Assembly: GCA_033764015.1 (NCBI GenBank)
Contig: JANRJK010000014.1
Coordinates: 64,001-128,000, forward strand
Length of the DNA stretch: 64,000 bases
Direction: 5' to 3'
Origin: Candidatus Sumerlaeia bacterium
GTDB taxonomy: Bacteria; Sumerlaeota; Sumerlaeia; SLMS01; JANRJK01
This document shows, piece after piece, positions 26,873 to 37,219 of the stretch. Both the position numbers and the translations under genes were made by a program. Numbering within the stretch: position 1 is the stretch's first letter; each line of letters begins with the position of its first letter. The notes beneath the pieces were generated by a model, which ran no database searches, was not told the DNA's origin, and saw only the letters and a program-made list of their open reading frames with translations.

Positions 26873-26910
26873 GCTGCCCGGGGAGCGCCGCCGCGCGCTC
26901 CCCGGGCAGC
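26873..26910. terminator. Perfect 15-bp hairpin
   Basis: gctgcccggggagcg-N8-cgctccccgggcagc. Confidence 0.55.
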
Positions 26911-26936
26911 AACCATCCGACGCTTCCGAGCCCCCC

Positions 26937-27824
26937 ATGTCCGCCCCCGGCCTCCACCACATCACCGCGATCTGCGCCGACGCCCGCGCCACGCACGAGT
27001 TCTACACTAGGAAGCTCGGCCTGCGCCTTGTGAAGAAGACGGTGAACTACGACGACCCGTTCACCTACCACCTCTACTTCGGCGACGGGGCCGGTTCGCC
27101 CGGCACGATCCTGACCTTCTTCCCATGGGGAGGCGCGCCGCGCGGGCGCGTGGGCACCGGCCAGGCCTCCGCCATCGCGTTCGCGGTGCCGGAGGGCGCG
27201 CTCGACGCCTGGATGGCACGGCTCGCCGGCGAGGCGATCGACTTCGCCACCCCGGGCGAGCGTTTCGGCCGGCCCGTCGTCGCCTTCCGCGACCCGGACG
27301 GCATTCCGTTGGAACTGATCGGCGTGCCCGGGGAGGGCGACGCGATCCTCGGATTCCACAGCGCGACGCTCAGCGTGACGGGCTATGCGCACACCGCGAA
27401 GCTGTTCACGGAACACCTAGGCTACCGGCAGGAGGGCGAGGAGGGGGAGCGCTTCCGGTTCCGCTGCGGCGGCGCGCCGTGGGGGCAGGTGCTCGACATC
27501 CGATGCCTGCCGGGGGGCCAATACGGCACCATGGGCAGCGGCACCGTGCACCACGTGGCGTTCCGCGCTGCGGACGACGCGGCGCAGGTGGCGCTGCAGG
27601 GCGTGTTGGCGGCGGCGGGCTACAACGTGACGCCGGTGCGCAACCGCACCTACTTCAAGTCGATCTACCTGCGCGAACCGGGCGGCGTGCTGGTCGAGGT
27701 CGCCACGGATCCGCCGGGGTTCACGGCGGACGAGCCGCTGGCGGAGTTGGGCAAGTCGCTGAAACTGCCCGGTTGGCTGGAGAAGCAGCGGGAGTTGATC
27801 GAGCTGGCGTTGCCGAAACTATAG
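26937..27824 (+). CDS. Ring-cleaving dioxygenase (glyoxalase/VOC, MhqA/MhqO-like)
   Basis: GLHHITAI, LGLRLVKKTVNYDDP..YHLYFGD, VHHVAFR and YFKSIYLREPGGVLVEVATD. Confidence 0.93.
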   Translation: MSAPGLHHITAICADARATHEFYTRKLGLRLVKKTVNYDDPFTYHLYFGDGAGSPGTILTFFPWGGAPRGRVGTGQASAIAFAVPEGALDAWMARLAGEAIDFATPGERFGRPVVAFRDPDGIPLELIGVPGEGDAILGFHSATLSVTGYAHTAKLFTEHLGYRQEGEEGERFRFRCGGAPWGQVLDIRCLPGGQYGTMGSGTVHHVAFRAADDAAQVALQGVLAAAGYNVTPVRNRTYFKSIYLREPGGVLVEVATDPPGFTADEPLAELGKSLKLPGWLEKQRELIELALPKL

Positions 27825-28153
27825 CGCGCGATGAACGGATTTATCGGACCCGGCGTGTCGAAGTCGCGGCGGGATTCGGTTGACGTGCCGTTATCCCGGT
27901 GGGGACCGTGCGACCGTGCCGCGGCGGAGCAGCCATCCGCCGCGACCGGAGCCACAAGCCCTGCTTCGCCAGTCGGTTTCCCCTCCGAACGCAACGAGCC
28001 CGGGTGCGCCCAAGCGCCTCCGCTCCAGCTCCCTTCTACTCATCCCGAATCTTCGACCTCGACCGCGCCGCCCGGTGGGCGGGGCGTAGGACGCACCCCG
28101 GACGAGGGGCGCGGCCCCTCGTGCGGTAAGCAACCTTCCTCCAGCACGGGGAT

Positions 28154-29011
28154 ATGCCGATGGCCGATACACTGCTCTTCACCGCCGGGGACCTCCGGGT
28201 CGGGCCGCTCGAAGGCGCGGAGCAACTCGCCGGGCCCCTTAGCCCGCAGGGGTTGGATGTGCTCACGCTCGCGGAACTCTGCCGCGGCCGCTACTGCGCG
28301 GGGTTCGCCGTCTCCCGGGCCGCCATCGAGGAGACGCTCCGGCTCCGCTACCGGGTGTTCAACCTCGAGCTCGGCGAGGGCCTCGCCGAGTCGCACCTGA
28401 CCGGGATGGACCGGGACCGCTTCGACGACCAGATGACGCACATGGTGGTGATCGACCGCCAGTCGCAGCGTATCGTGGGGACCTACCGCATGCAGACGGC
28501 GTCCGAGGCGATGGCCGCGCAGGGGCTCTACTCCGCGCAGGAGTACGACATGGCCCCGCTCGCGGAGCTGTTCCCGGAGACGGTCGAACTGGGACGCGCG
28601 TGCGTCGACGCGGAGCACCGCAGCTTCGCCACCGTGATGCTCCTGTGGGCGGGCATCCGCGCCTACGCCCGCGTGCGCCGCCAGCGCTACCTGACGGGGT
28701 GCTGCTCGCTGACGACCACGGACCCGGACGAGGGCTGGCGCGCCATGAAGCTGCTGCGCCGCAAGGGGCACTTGGACCCGGGCTTCATGCTGCGGGCGAC
28801 GCCGGCGTACTCCTGCGGCCCCGCGGAGCGCGAGTTCGACGCCGACGTGCTCGAGATGCGCAAGCTGCCGAAGCTGTTCTCCGCCTACCTGCGCCTCGGC
28901 TGCACGGTGATTTCGGAGCCGGCGATCGACCGGGACTTCCAGACGGTCGACTTCCTGATCCTGCTCGATACCTACAAGGTGAACTTCTCGAGCCTGACGG
29001 TCGCCGAGTGA
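28154..29011 (+). CDS. GNAT N-acyltransferase, OlsB-like (ornithine/amino-acid lipid synthesis)
   Basis: LRLRYRVFNLELGEG, DRDRFD, VGTYR, ELGRACV, PKLFSAYLRLG and PAIDRDF. Confidence 0.8.
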   Translation: MPMADTLLFTAGDLRVGPLEGAEQLAGPLSPQGLDVLTLAELCRGRYCAGFAVSRAAIEETLRLRYRVFNLELGEGLAESHLTGMDRDRFDDQMTHMVVIDRQSQRIVGTYRMQTASEAMAAQGLYSAQEYDMAPLAELFPETVELGRACVDAEHRSFATVMLLWAGIRAYARVRRQRYLTGCCSLTTTDPDEGWRAMKLLRRKGHLDPGFMLRATPAYSCGPAEREFDADVLEMRKLPKLFSAYLRLGCTVISEPAIDRDFQTVDFLILLDTYKVNFSSLTVAE

Positions 29012-29961
29012 ACGATGGGTTGAACGCGCTGGAAGCGGCGCTGGCGGAACATCCCGAGCCGGAGAACCCGATGCCGTCGGCGCGCTGGCTCGCTGCGCCG
29101 AGGGGTGTGCTGCTGCTTGGGGGCGCGTGGGCCGTCACCCGCGCCATGCAGTTCCGCCGCCTGTTCTCCCGCACGCCGGAGGCGAAGGCCGCGGTCGCGC
29201 CCCGGTTCGTCCACTGGTGGGGGCGCTACGCCTTCCGGCTGCTCGGCTGGCGGCTGCGCGTGGAGGGTCCGCGCCCCGCGCCGGGCTCCGTCGTGGCGCC
29301 GAACCACTTCGGCTACATCGACCTGATCGGCATGGCGGCGGCCAACGGGTCGTTCTTCGTCGCGCAGCGCATGATGCTCGAGATGAAGCTCTTCGGCATG
29401 ATCGTGCGCGCGTTCGACCATCCGCTCACGAGCCGCAACACCGGGCGCGAAATCCTGGAAACGGCGGCGAAGATGCGCGAGAAGCTCGCGCTGGGGCAGT
29501 CGGTCACGGTGTTCCTCGAGGGGACCTCGAACCCCGGGGACCGGGTGTGGGAGTTCCACAACGCGCTGCTGCAGGCGGCGATCGACATGGGCGCCCCGGT
29601 GGTTCCCGCGGGGATCGTCTGGAGCGCGACGGACAGCCGCATGAGCATCGCCGACGATGTCGCGTACTGGCGCCCCGAGCACGACCTCGGCAAGCACATG
29701 TACCGGCTGCTGGGGCTACCGCCGGTGGAGTGCGTGGTGCGCTTCGGCGAGCCGGTGCCGTCCGCGGGGAAGAGCCGCAAGGCGCTCGCCGCGGAGGTCC
29801 GGGCGGAGGTGCTCCGGCTGAGCGGCCTGCGCGACGCGCCGCTGCGAGCGCTTGCGGACCGCAAGCGCGTTGCGGCACAAACGGCGTCGGCGGAAGCCTG
29901 CACCACCGGCGCGACCGCGATCGTCCCCCCGCGCCCAGCTCCCAAGGAGCCCCCCGAATGA
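29008..29961 (+). CDS. Lysophospholipid acyltransferase, OlsA/PlsC-like
   Basis: NHFGYID (HX4D) and FLEGT. GTGA overlap with the upstream gene. Confidence 0.85.
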   Translation: MNDGLNALEAALAEHPEPENPMPSARWLAAPRGVLLLGGAWAVTRAMQFRRLFSRTPEAKAAVAPRFVHWWGRYAFRLLGWRLRVEGPRPAPGSVVAPNHFGYIDLIGMAAANGSFFVAQRMMLEMKLFGMIVRAFDHPLTSRNTGREILETAAKMREKLALGQSVTVFLEGTSNPGDRVWEFHNALLQAAIDMGAPVVPAGIVWSATDSRMSIADDVAYWRPEHDLGKHMYRLLGLPPVECVVRFGEPVPSAGKSRKALAAEVRAEVLRLSGLRDAPLRALADRKRVAAQTASAEACTTGATAIVPPRPAPKEPPE

Positions 29962-31064
29962 AATCCTCCTCCCCCATCGCCGTCCGCGTCGGCATCTTCA
30001 TGACGCTCGGCCTGATCCTGCTGCTGGGCCTCAGCATCTCGGTCGGCAACTTCACCTTCGCCAAGAAATCCTACCGGATGCAGGCGTTCTTCCGCGAGAC
30101 GCCGGGCATCGAGGTCGGCAGCAGGGTGACGCTCCGCGGCGTCCCAATCGGCCAGGTGAACTCGATGGAGTGGGCGCCGACCCGCCTGCGGGTGAGGGTG
30201 GAGCTGCTGATCGAGCGGGACTACCAGGTGCCCGACAACGCCTTCGCGACGGTGAAGTCCGCCAGCCTGCTCGGCGGCACCGTTGTGAACATCGACTTCG
30301 ACGAGAGCGTGGCGATCGCGTCGTTCCTTTCCGACGGCAGCGAGATCGAAACACGCGCCTCGATCAGCATCGACGACGCGATCGCGCAAGTGGCGACCTT
30401 CGGCGAAGAAGGCACCAAGCTGTTCCGCTCCTTCAGCGACGGCCAGGAGTCGACCTTCGAGAAGATCAACGAGATCCTGGACGAGAACCGCGAGAACATC
30501 CGCCGCACCACGGAGAGCTTCGCCGACGTGGGTCCGAAGGTGGGCCAGCTCGCGGACCGGCTGAACGAGCTGACCGCCTCGGTGCAGGAGGGCGAAGGCA
30601 CCATGGGCGCGCTCTTCAAGCACCGCGAACTCTACGACAACCTGCTCAAAGTCTCCGAGGACGCCAAGGAGATCAGCGGCGCCATCCGCGAGGGCGAGGG
30701 GACGCTTTCGAAGCTCGTTTACGACGACGCCATCGCCACGGAGGCGGAGAACGCCTTCGCCAAGCTCGGCGACGCCGCCACGCGGGTGGACGACTTGGTC
30801 GGACGGAACTCCGAGGACATCGACAACTTCGTAAAGTCGCTCGGCGACGCGAGCCCGCGCATCGACCGCGTGATCGCCAACCTCGACGAGATCACCACCA
30901 AGATCAACTCCGGCGACGGCACGCTCGGGAAGCTCGTGAACGACGGCTCGCTCTTCGACGACATCAAGAAGGCCGTGAACCAGGTCGGCGAGTCGTTCGA
31001 GAGCTCGGAGGAGCAGAGCGTGGTGCGCTCGTTCTTCAGCCTGATGTTCGGGGCGCTGGTGTAG
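29958..31064 (+). CDS. MlaD/MCE family protein with long helical region
   Basis: N-terminal TM. GIEVGSRVTLRGVPIGQV, SLLGG and repeated GEGTLGKL. Confidence 0.9.
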   Translation: MKSSSPIAVRVGIFMTLGLILLLGLSISVGNFTFAKKSYRMQAFFRETPGIEVGSRVTLRGVPIGQVNSMEWAPTRLRVRVELLIERDYQVPDNAFATVKSASLLGGTVVNIDFDESVAIASFLSDGSEIETRASISIDDAIAQVATFGEEGTKLFRSFSDGQESTFEKINEILDENRENIRRTTESFADVGPKVGQLADRLNELTASVQEGEGTMGALFKHRELYDNLLKVSEDAKEISGAIREGEGTLSKLVYDDAIATEAENAFAKLGDAATRVDDLVGRNSEDIDNFVKSLGDASPRIDRVIANLDEITTKINSGDGTLGKLVNDGSLFDDIKKAVNQVGESFESSEEQSVVRSFFSLMFGALV

Positions 31065-31065
31065 G

Positions 31066-31104
31066 AAAAGGAGCGCCGCCCCGGAGCGTGGCTCCGGGGC
31101 GGCG
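31066..31104. terminator. Hairpin terminator between convergent genes
   Basis: cgccgccccggagc-gtg-gctccggggcggcg (14-bp stem) with an adjacent A-run. Confidence 0.65.
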
Positions 31105-31128
31105 TCGGACGCGTGGCGCGCGGACCGC

Positions 31129-31668
31129 TCAGCCGTGGCGGCCGGCGGCCTTGGCGGCGAGCACGGAGCCGCACATCTTCACGAAGTCGAGGCTGGCGAA
31201 GGTCTCCGGAGGGACCGACGGTCCCGTGGCGGAGCAGTGCTTCGCGAACTGCTCGGCGAGCGCCTGGGCGATGCCCTGCGGCGAGTTGCCTTCGATGCCC
31301 CAGCGCTCGAGCATGAAGACCACTTCGCCGTCCTTGAAGAGGGCGACGGAGGGCGAGCTGGGGGGGTAGTTGGTGATCCGCGAGCGGACCTTGGCGGTGG
31401 CCTCGCGGTCCACGCCGGCGAAGACGGTGTAGAGCTTGTCGGGGATCACGCCGTTCTGGAGCGCGAGCGCGACGCCCGGGCGCGCGCCGCCCGCCGCGCA
31501 GCCGCACACGGAGTTCACCACGACGAGCGCGGTGCCCTTGTGGTTGGCGAGCGCCGCGTCGACGTCCGCCGGCGTGCGGAGTTCCTCGATGCCGACGGCC
31601 ACAAGCTCCTCGCGCATCGGGCGCACGTCCTCGGGGTCGTAGGCGGGGGGCTGCTGGTTGAAGAACAT
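31129..31668 (-). CDS. BrxA/BrxB family bacilliredoxin (YphP/YqiW)
   Basis: PMREEL, VVNSVCGCAAGGARP, TVFAGVD and PPSSPS.ALFKDG. Confidence 0.92.
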   Translation of the reverse strand: MFFNQQPPAYDPEDVRPMREELVAVGIEELRTPADVDAALANHKGTALVVVNSVCGCAAGGARPGVALALQNGVIPDKLYTVFAGVDREATAKVRSRITNYPPSSPSVALFKDGEVVFMLERWGIEGNSPQGIAQALAEQFAKHCSATGPSVPPETFASLDFVKMCGSVLAAKAAGRHG

Positions 31669-31787
31669 GGTTGGGTCCTATGTTGTTTGCGATGTGCCGC
31701 CGTGTGGCGGGGCCGTGGCGTTCCATCCCTGCCACGCCTCCATTTTGGAGATTGCGGCAGCGGCTGGCAAGCGCAGAATCCCGCCCG

Positions 31788-32741
31788 ATGCTCCGCGCCG
31801 CCGACCTGATCCCCGCGCTCGCCGCCGCCGTCCTTCATGGCGCCGAGCCCGCCGGCGTGGCGACGCTCGCCGCCGCGCCGCGGCACCTGGTGGCGCTGGA
31901 CGGGTCGCGCGTGCTGGCGTGCCTCGCGGCCAACGGGCTCCAAGCGGTGACCATCGACGGAGAGTCGGCGACGGCCGCGCCGGTGCTGGCCGGGACGCTG
32001 GCGCTGCACGCGCTGCCGCTTCCGGGCGAGCGCGTCCTCGTCGGGACGCGCTCCGGGCGCCTCGCGCTCTTCTCGACGGCGCAGTGGCCCGAGCTGCCGC
32101 CGATCGCCGATTGGCCCGCGGAGGGCCTCCCCACGCACCTCGCGCTGCGTGGCGGGATGCTCTACGTGGCCAGCGGCGGCGATGGCGTCATCGCCTACCG
32201 CTGGGACGCCGCCTCCGGCGCGCCCGAGGTGGCGGCGCGCTTCCCGTTCGTCGACTACAGCAAGGAGCTGGCGTTCGACAGCGAGGGGCGCCTTTTCCTC
32301 GCGGACAACCGGGACACGGGCCTGCAGCTCCTCGAAGCCGACGACCCGGCGCGGTTGGGCTTCGTGCGGCGCTGGACGCCCGGCGACTATGTGGACAGCG
32401 TCGCGGTCGCGGGAGGATTCGCGTTCGCTGCCGCGCGGCGCACCGGCGTTCACGCCCTGGATCCGTCGTGGACCTCGCTGCGGAAGGGCGCGTTCCTTCC
32501 GAAGACCTCCGAGGAGTCCTGGGTGTCGCAAGTCGCCGCGACGCGCGACGGCCGCGTTGTGGTTTGCGAAGGCGAAGGCGGCGCGCGACTGGCGACGTTC
32601 ACGCCCGTCGCGGGTTGGACGGTGCTTGCCGAGACGGGCGCCTCCGCGCAGTGCGTCGTCGAGCTGGAGGGCGGATCGCTGCTGCTGGGCGGTGCGGACG
32701 CGGTCCTGCGGCGCTGGCGCCCCGGCCCGAAGCCGCGCTAG
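31788..32741 (+). CDS. Beta-propeller (LVIVD-like repeat) protein
   Basis: Repeats LYVASGGDGV, LFLADNRDTGLQLL and FAFAAARRTGVHAL. Confidence 0.6.
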   Translation: MLRAADLIPALAAAVLHGAEPAGVATLAAAPRHLVALDGSRVLACLAANGLQAVTIDGESATAAPVLAGTLALHALPLPGERVLVGTRSGRLALFSTAQWPELPPIADWPAEGLPTHLALRGGMLYVASGGDGVIAYRWDAASGAPEVAARFPFVDYSKELAFDSEGRLFLADNRDTGLQLLEADDPARLGFVRRWTPGDYVDSVAVAGGFAFAAARRTGVHALDPSWTSLRKGAFLPKTSEESWVSQVAATRDGRVVVCEGEGGARLATFTPVAGWTVLAETGASAQCVVELEGGSLLLGGADAVLRRWRPGPKPR

Positions 32742-32802
32742 CGGTTGCCCCCGGAGCCCCGGGACGCCACGGTGCGGGCACCACACCCGGGGTCGCATCT
32801 CG

Positions 32803-33456
32803 ATGTCCGATTTTCCCGCCAGCTCTCTCCGCCCGATCGACGCCTACCGCCTGATGACCGACACGATCCAGCCGCGCCCGATCGCGCTGGTTTCCAGCGT
32901 CGGCGCGGACGGCTCCCGGAACCTCTCTCCGTTCAGCTTCTTCAACGGCGTCGGCTCGAACCCGCCGTCGCTGGTGATCAGCGTCGCCGCCAAGCGCGGC
33001 GATTCGCCCGAGAAGGACACGCTGCGCAACATCCGCGAGACGGGGGAGTTCGTCGTGGGCCTCGTCTCGGAGGAAACCGTGGAGAAGGCGAACCAGGCGT
33101 CCTTCGAGTACGCCGCCGGCGTGAGCGAGTTCGACGCGGCGGGCTTCACTCCCCTGCGGGCGACGGTGGTGAAGGCGGCGCTGATCGCCGAATCGCCCGT
33201 CAACTTCGAGTGCCGCCTGCTCCAGCTCGTGCCCGTCGGCGAGGGCCCCGGCTCCGCGACGCTGGTGGTGGGCGAGATCGTCCACTTCCACGTGGACGAG
33301 TCTGTCGCCGGCGAGGGCCCGCACCGCGCGGATCCGGAGAAGCTGCGGCTGGTGGGGCGCATGGGCGGGGTGTTCTACTCGCGCACGCGGGACCGGTTCG
33401 AGCTGGCGCGCCCGGTGTCCGGGGACCCCGCGACCGCGCCGAAGGTCGTCGGCTGA
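32803..33456 (+). CDS. Flavin reductase-like FMN-binding protein
   Basis: PRPIALVSS, NLSPFSFFN, KDTLRNI.ETGEFVV, ESPVNFEC and GRMGG. Confidence 0.92.
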   Translation: MSDFPASSLRPIDAYRLMTDTIQPRPIALVSSVGADGSRNLSPFSFFNGVGSNPPSLVISVAAKRGDSPEKDTLRNIRETGEFVVGLVSEETVEKANQASFEYAAGVSEFDAAGFTPLRATVVKAALIAESPVNFECRLLQLVPVGEGPGSATLVVGEIVHFHVDESVAGEGPHRADPEKLRLVGRMGGVFYSRTRDRFELARPVSGDPATAPKVVG

Positions 33457-33470
33457 GGGCGCCCGCGGCC

Positions 33471-34334
33471 GTGACGATCCGGGACTTCTACACCGCGATC
33501 CAGGAGGCGCCTGCGCTGGGGCTCCTGGTGAGCACGCTCGTCTTTCTGGCTGGCGTTCTGCTCGTGCGCCGGGCGGCGGTGCGCTGGGTGCGCGAACGCT
33601 ACGACGACGAGCCGGAGGCGCTGCGGCGCCTCCTCGTCAGCGTCCGCAACCTCACGGCGGCCCTCGCGGTCGGCGGCCTCGTCGTCATCTGGGCCGCGGA
33701 GCTGCGCACCATCGCGGTGTCGCTCCTCGCCGTCGCGGTCGCGCTCACGATAGGCTGCAAGGAACTCATCGAATGCCTGACGGGGAGCTTCCTGCGCGGC
33801 GTGTCGAAGCCCTTCGCCCTGGGCGACCGCATCGAGGTGGCGGGGCACCGGGGCGACGTGCTCGACGAATCGTTCCTCCACGTGAAGCTGCTCGAGGTGG
33901 GGCCGGACGAGCTGACGCACCAGCGCACGGGGCGCACCGTGACGCTCCCCGCGAGCCTCTTCCTGCGCAACGCGGTGCGGAACGAAAGCGCGCTGGGCCG
34001 CTACGTGATCCACCGCCTGGTGGTGCCGCTGGACCGCGACAAGGACGACTGGGAGCGCGAGGAGCGCCTGCTGCTCGGCTCCGCGAACGCGGTCACGACG
34101 CCCTACCTTGACGACGTGAAGCGGAAGATGGAGGCGCTCTCGCGCGGCGAGGGCATCGACGCGCCGCGCATCGACCCGCACGTGCTGGTGCAGCCCGGCG
34201 ACTCGCCGGGGCGGATCAACCTGGTGCTGCGCTTTCCCACGCCCTCGCACCGCAAGGGGCGGATGGCGGACGCGGTGCTGCGCGGCTACTACGCGGCGCG
34301 GCGCGGCGGGGCTACTTCCCCTCCAGCTTCCTGA
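33471..34334 (+). CDS. Small-conductance mechanosensitive channel family protein
   Basis: Three TM segments, then [10 protein letters not shown]...RGDV and VTLPASLF. Confidence 0.85.
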   Translation: MTIRDFYTAIQEAPALGLLVSTLVFLAGVLLVRRAAVRWVRERYDDEPEALRRLLVSVRNLTAALAVGGLVVIWAAELRTIAVSLLAVAVALTIGCKELIECLTGSFLRGVSKPFALGDRIEVAGHRGDVLDESFLHVKLLEVGPDELTHQRTGRTVTLPASLFLRNAVRNESALGRYVIHRLVVPLDRDKDDWEREERLLLGSANAVTTPYLDDVKRKMEALSRGEGIDAPRIDPHVLVQPGDSPGRINLVLRFPTPSHRKGRMADAVLRGYYAARRGGATSPPAS

Positions 34335-36303
34335 TCCGGTCGCGGAGCGCGGCGGCCTGCTCGAAGTCGAGCGCGGCGGCGGCCTCCTTCATGCGCCGGC
34401 GCAGCTCGGCCACCGCGCGGTCGGTCTCCGCCGCGGTGCGGTAGGGCGCCGACTCCTCGGCGGCCACCAGCGCCTCCGCCGGGTCCTCCTCCTGGTCGTC
34501 GGTCTCGATCGCGAGGGAGATGCGCTTCGCGATCGTCGTGGGCGTGATGCCGTGCTCGGCGTTGTGGGCGAGCTGCTTCTCGCGGCGGCGCGCGGTTTCC
34601 TCGATGCAGCGCGCCATCGAGTCGGTGATAGTGTCGGCGTACATCAGCACGCGCCCCTCGGCATTGCGCGCCGCGCGGCCCACGGTCTGGATCAGCGACC
34701 GCGTCGAGCGCAGGTAGCCTTCCTTGTCCGCGTCGAGGATCGCGACCAGCGCCACCTCCGGCAGGTCGAGGCCCTCGCGCAGCAGGTTGATGCCGATCAG
34801 CACCTCGAACTTGCCGAGTCGCAGGTCGCGGAGGATCTCGACGCGCTCGAGCACCTCGATGTCGCTGTGCATGTAGCGCACCTTGAGGCCAAGTTCCGCG
34901 TAGTACTCCGTGAGCTCCTCGGAGAAGCGCTTGGTGAGCGTCGTGACCAGCACGCGCCAGCCGTCCGCGATGGTCTTGCGGATCTCCTCGAGCAGGTCCG
35001 CCACCTGCGTCGCCGTGGGGCGCACCTCGATGACCGGGTCGATGAGGCCGGTGGGGCGGACGAGCTGCTCGACGACGACGCCGCCGGAGCGCTGCAGTTC
35101 GTACTCGCCCGGCGTGGCGCTGACGAAGACGACCTGGTTCAGCTTGGTCTCGAACTCGTCGAACTTGAGCGGGCGGTTGTCGAGCGCGCTCGGCAGGCGG
35201 AAGCCGTATTCCACCAGCGTCGTCTTGCGCGAGCGGTCGCCGGCGTACATGGCGCCCACCTGCGAGACGGCGATGTGGCTCTCGTCGATCACCATCAGGA
35301 AGTCGTCGGGGAAGTAGTCGATCAGCGTATAGGGCATCTCGCCCGCCTTCCGCCCGCTGATGTGGCGCGAGTAGTTCTCGATTCCGACACAGCTCCCCGC
35401 CTCGCGCATCATGTCGAGGTCGCGCTCCGTGCGCTCCTTCAAGCGCTGGTACTCGAGGAAGCGGCGCTCCGCCTCGAACTGCGCGAGGCGCTCCCTCAGC
35501 TCCTCCTGGATGCCGGACATCGCGCGTTCGAGGCTCGGGCGGTCCGTGACGTAAACGCTCGCGGGGTAGATCGCCGCGCGGCGGAACTTCTTCCCCTTCT
35601 CGCCGGTGAGCGCGTCGAACTCCGTCAGCGCCTCCACCTCGTCGCCGAAAAACGACACGCGGAGCGCGCGCCGCTCCTCGTACGCCGGGAACACGTCCAC
35701 CTGGTCGCCGCGCACGCGGAACGTCCCGCGGTGGAAGTCCATGTCGTTGCGCTGGTACTGGAGCGCGACGAGGTGCTTGAGGAACGCGTCGCGGGGCAGC
35801 TCCGCGCCCACCTCGACGAACGCGACCATGCGGTTGAAGTCCGTCGGCGAGCCGATGCCGTAGATGCACGACACGCTCGCGACCACCAGCACGTCGTTGC
35901 GCTCGAGCAGCGACCGCGTCGCGGAGAGCCGCAACTTGTCCAGCTCGTCGTTGATGTTCGAGTCCTTCTCGATGTACGTGTCCGAGCTCGGGATGTACGC
36001 CTCGGGCTGGTAGTAGTCGTAGTAGGAGACGAAGTACTCGACGGCGTTCTCCGGGAAGAAGTCCTTGAACTCGCGGTAGAGCTGGGCGGCGAGCGTCTTG
36101 TTCGGCGCGAGGACCAGCGTCGGCTTGTTCCACGCCTCGACCACGTTGGCGATGGTGAACGTCTTCCCGGAGCCGGTGACGCCGAGGAGCGTCTGCGCGG
36201 GCAGGCCGTTGCCAAGGCCGCCGAGCAACTGGCGGATCGCCTCGGGCTGGTCGCCGCGGGGTTCATAATCGGAAACGAGCTTGAAGGTGCCTTCGCGAGC
36301 CAT
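34312..36303 (-). CDS. uvrB: Excinuclease ABC subunit B
   Basis: [44 protein letters not shown] and a C-terminal UVR domain. Confidence 0.98.
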   Translation of the reverse strand: MAREGTFKLVSDYEPRGDQPEAIRQLLGGLGNGLPAQTLLGVTGSGKTFTIANVVEAWNKPTLVLAPNKTLAAQLYREFKDFFPENAVEYFVSYYDYYQPEAYIPSSDTYIEKDSNINDELDKLRLSATRSLLERNDVLVVASVSCIYGIGSPTDFNRMVAFVEVGAELPRDAFLKHLVALQYQRNDMDFHRGTFRVRGDQVDVFPAYEERRALRVSFFGDEVEALTEFDALTGEKGKKFRRAAIYPASVYVTDRPSLERAMSGIQEELRERLAQFEAERRFLEYQRLKERTERDLDMMREAGSCVGIENYSRHISGRKAGEMPYTLIDYFPDDFLMVIDESHIAVSQVGAMYAGDRSRKTTLVEYGFRLPSALDNRPLKFDEFETKLNQVVFVSATPGEYELQRSGGVVVEQLVRPTGLIDPVIEVRPTATQVADLLEEIRKTIADGWRVLVTTLTKRFSEELTEYYAELGLKVRYMHSDIEVLERVEILRDLRLGKFEVLIGINLLREGLDLPEVALVAILDADKEGYLRSTRSLIQTVGRAARNAEGRVLMYADTITDSMARCIEETARRREKQLAHNAEHGITPTTIAKRISLAIETDDQEEDPAEALVAAEESAPYRTAAETDRAVAELRRRMKEAAAALDFEQAAALRDRIRKLEGK

Positions 36304-36555
36304 GGGGGAACGCCGCCAAGCGCGGCGTAGCAAAAGCGAATCTCAGGCCACGGCGGAAGGCGAGGGGAATCGGGGGGGGGCGCCTCAGGTCCTCGACCGG
36401 GGAGCCTCGGACGGGCCCGGCAGGGCTTTTCAAGGCGTAGCCCGTGCCTGGGTCCGCCACTGTGCCAGCCAGGGGTCGGCGCTCCGGTGGAATCATGGAG
36501 GGGGGGCGCAACGCCCGGCGCCCAAGTCCAGCATCCTCAACGCTTCCTAATGCTG

Positions 36556-36584
36556 TTGACGTCCCCCTCGGACGGCGCTTGAAT
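36556..36584 (+). promoter_or_regulatory. Possible sigma70-type promoter for def
   Basis: TTGACG-17 nt-TTGAAT just upstream of def. The -10 element is weak. Confidence 0.3.
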
Positions 36585-36607
36585 GCCGGGTCGAAAGGAA
36601 TCGCGCC

Positions 36608-37192
36608 TTGGCTATCCTACCCATCAAACTTTACGGCGATCCGGTGCTGCGGGAGCGCGCGCTCCCGGTGTCGGTGATCGACGACGATCTTCGCCGACTC
36701 GCCGCCGATATGGGCGAGACGATGTACGCGGCGGCGGGGATCGGGCTGGCCGCCAACCAGATCGGCGAGTTGCGGCGGATCCTGGTGATCGACGTGGACC
36801 AGATGACGACGGGCGCGGACGGCAAGCGCGGCCCGCGCGATCCGCAGGCGCGCCGCCTGCAGGTGTTCCTGAACGCCGAGATCACCGCCGCCAGCGACGA
36901 CGACGGCGATTACGACGAGGGCTGCCTGTCGATTCCCGACGTGGAGTCGACCGTGTACCGCCCGAACAGCGTCCGGGTGCGCTACCGCACGCTGGAGGGG
37001 GAGGACCGCGAAGGCTGGTTCTCCGGCATGACGGCGCGCGTGCTCCAGCACGAGATCGACCACTTGGACGGAGTGCTGTTCGTGGACCGGATCGCGGCGG
37101 AGGCACGGTCGGCGCTTGCGGGCAAGCTGGCCCGGATCCGGCGCGGCGAAGTGCCCTCCGCGGTGGACGAGCTGCTCAAGCAGGGCACCTGA
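36608..37192 (+). CDS. def: Peptide deformylase
   Basis: GIGLAANQ, EGCLS and QHEIDH. TTG start with AAAGGA RBS. Confidence 0.96.
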   Translation: MAILPIKLYGDPVLRERALPVSVIDDDLRRLAADMGETMYAAAGIGLAANQIGELRRILVIDVDQMTTGADGKRGPRDPQARRLQVFLNAEITAASDDDGDYDEGCLSIPDVESTVYRPNSVRVRYRTLEGEDREGWFSGMTARVLQHEIDHLDGVLFVDRIAAEARSALAGKLARIRRGEVPSAVDELLKQGT

Positions 37193-37219
37193 CGCAACGG
37201 CCCGGGGAGGGCCACCGCG

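Noticed and set aside
27825..28153. 330-nt intergenic region as a possible ncRNA or riboswitch
   Set aside because: I could not recognise any tRNA, riboswitch or repeat consensus. An Rfam search would be needed.
36304..36607. SOS box upstream of uvrB
   Set aside because: No known LexA-box palindrome was identified.
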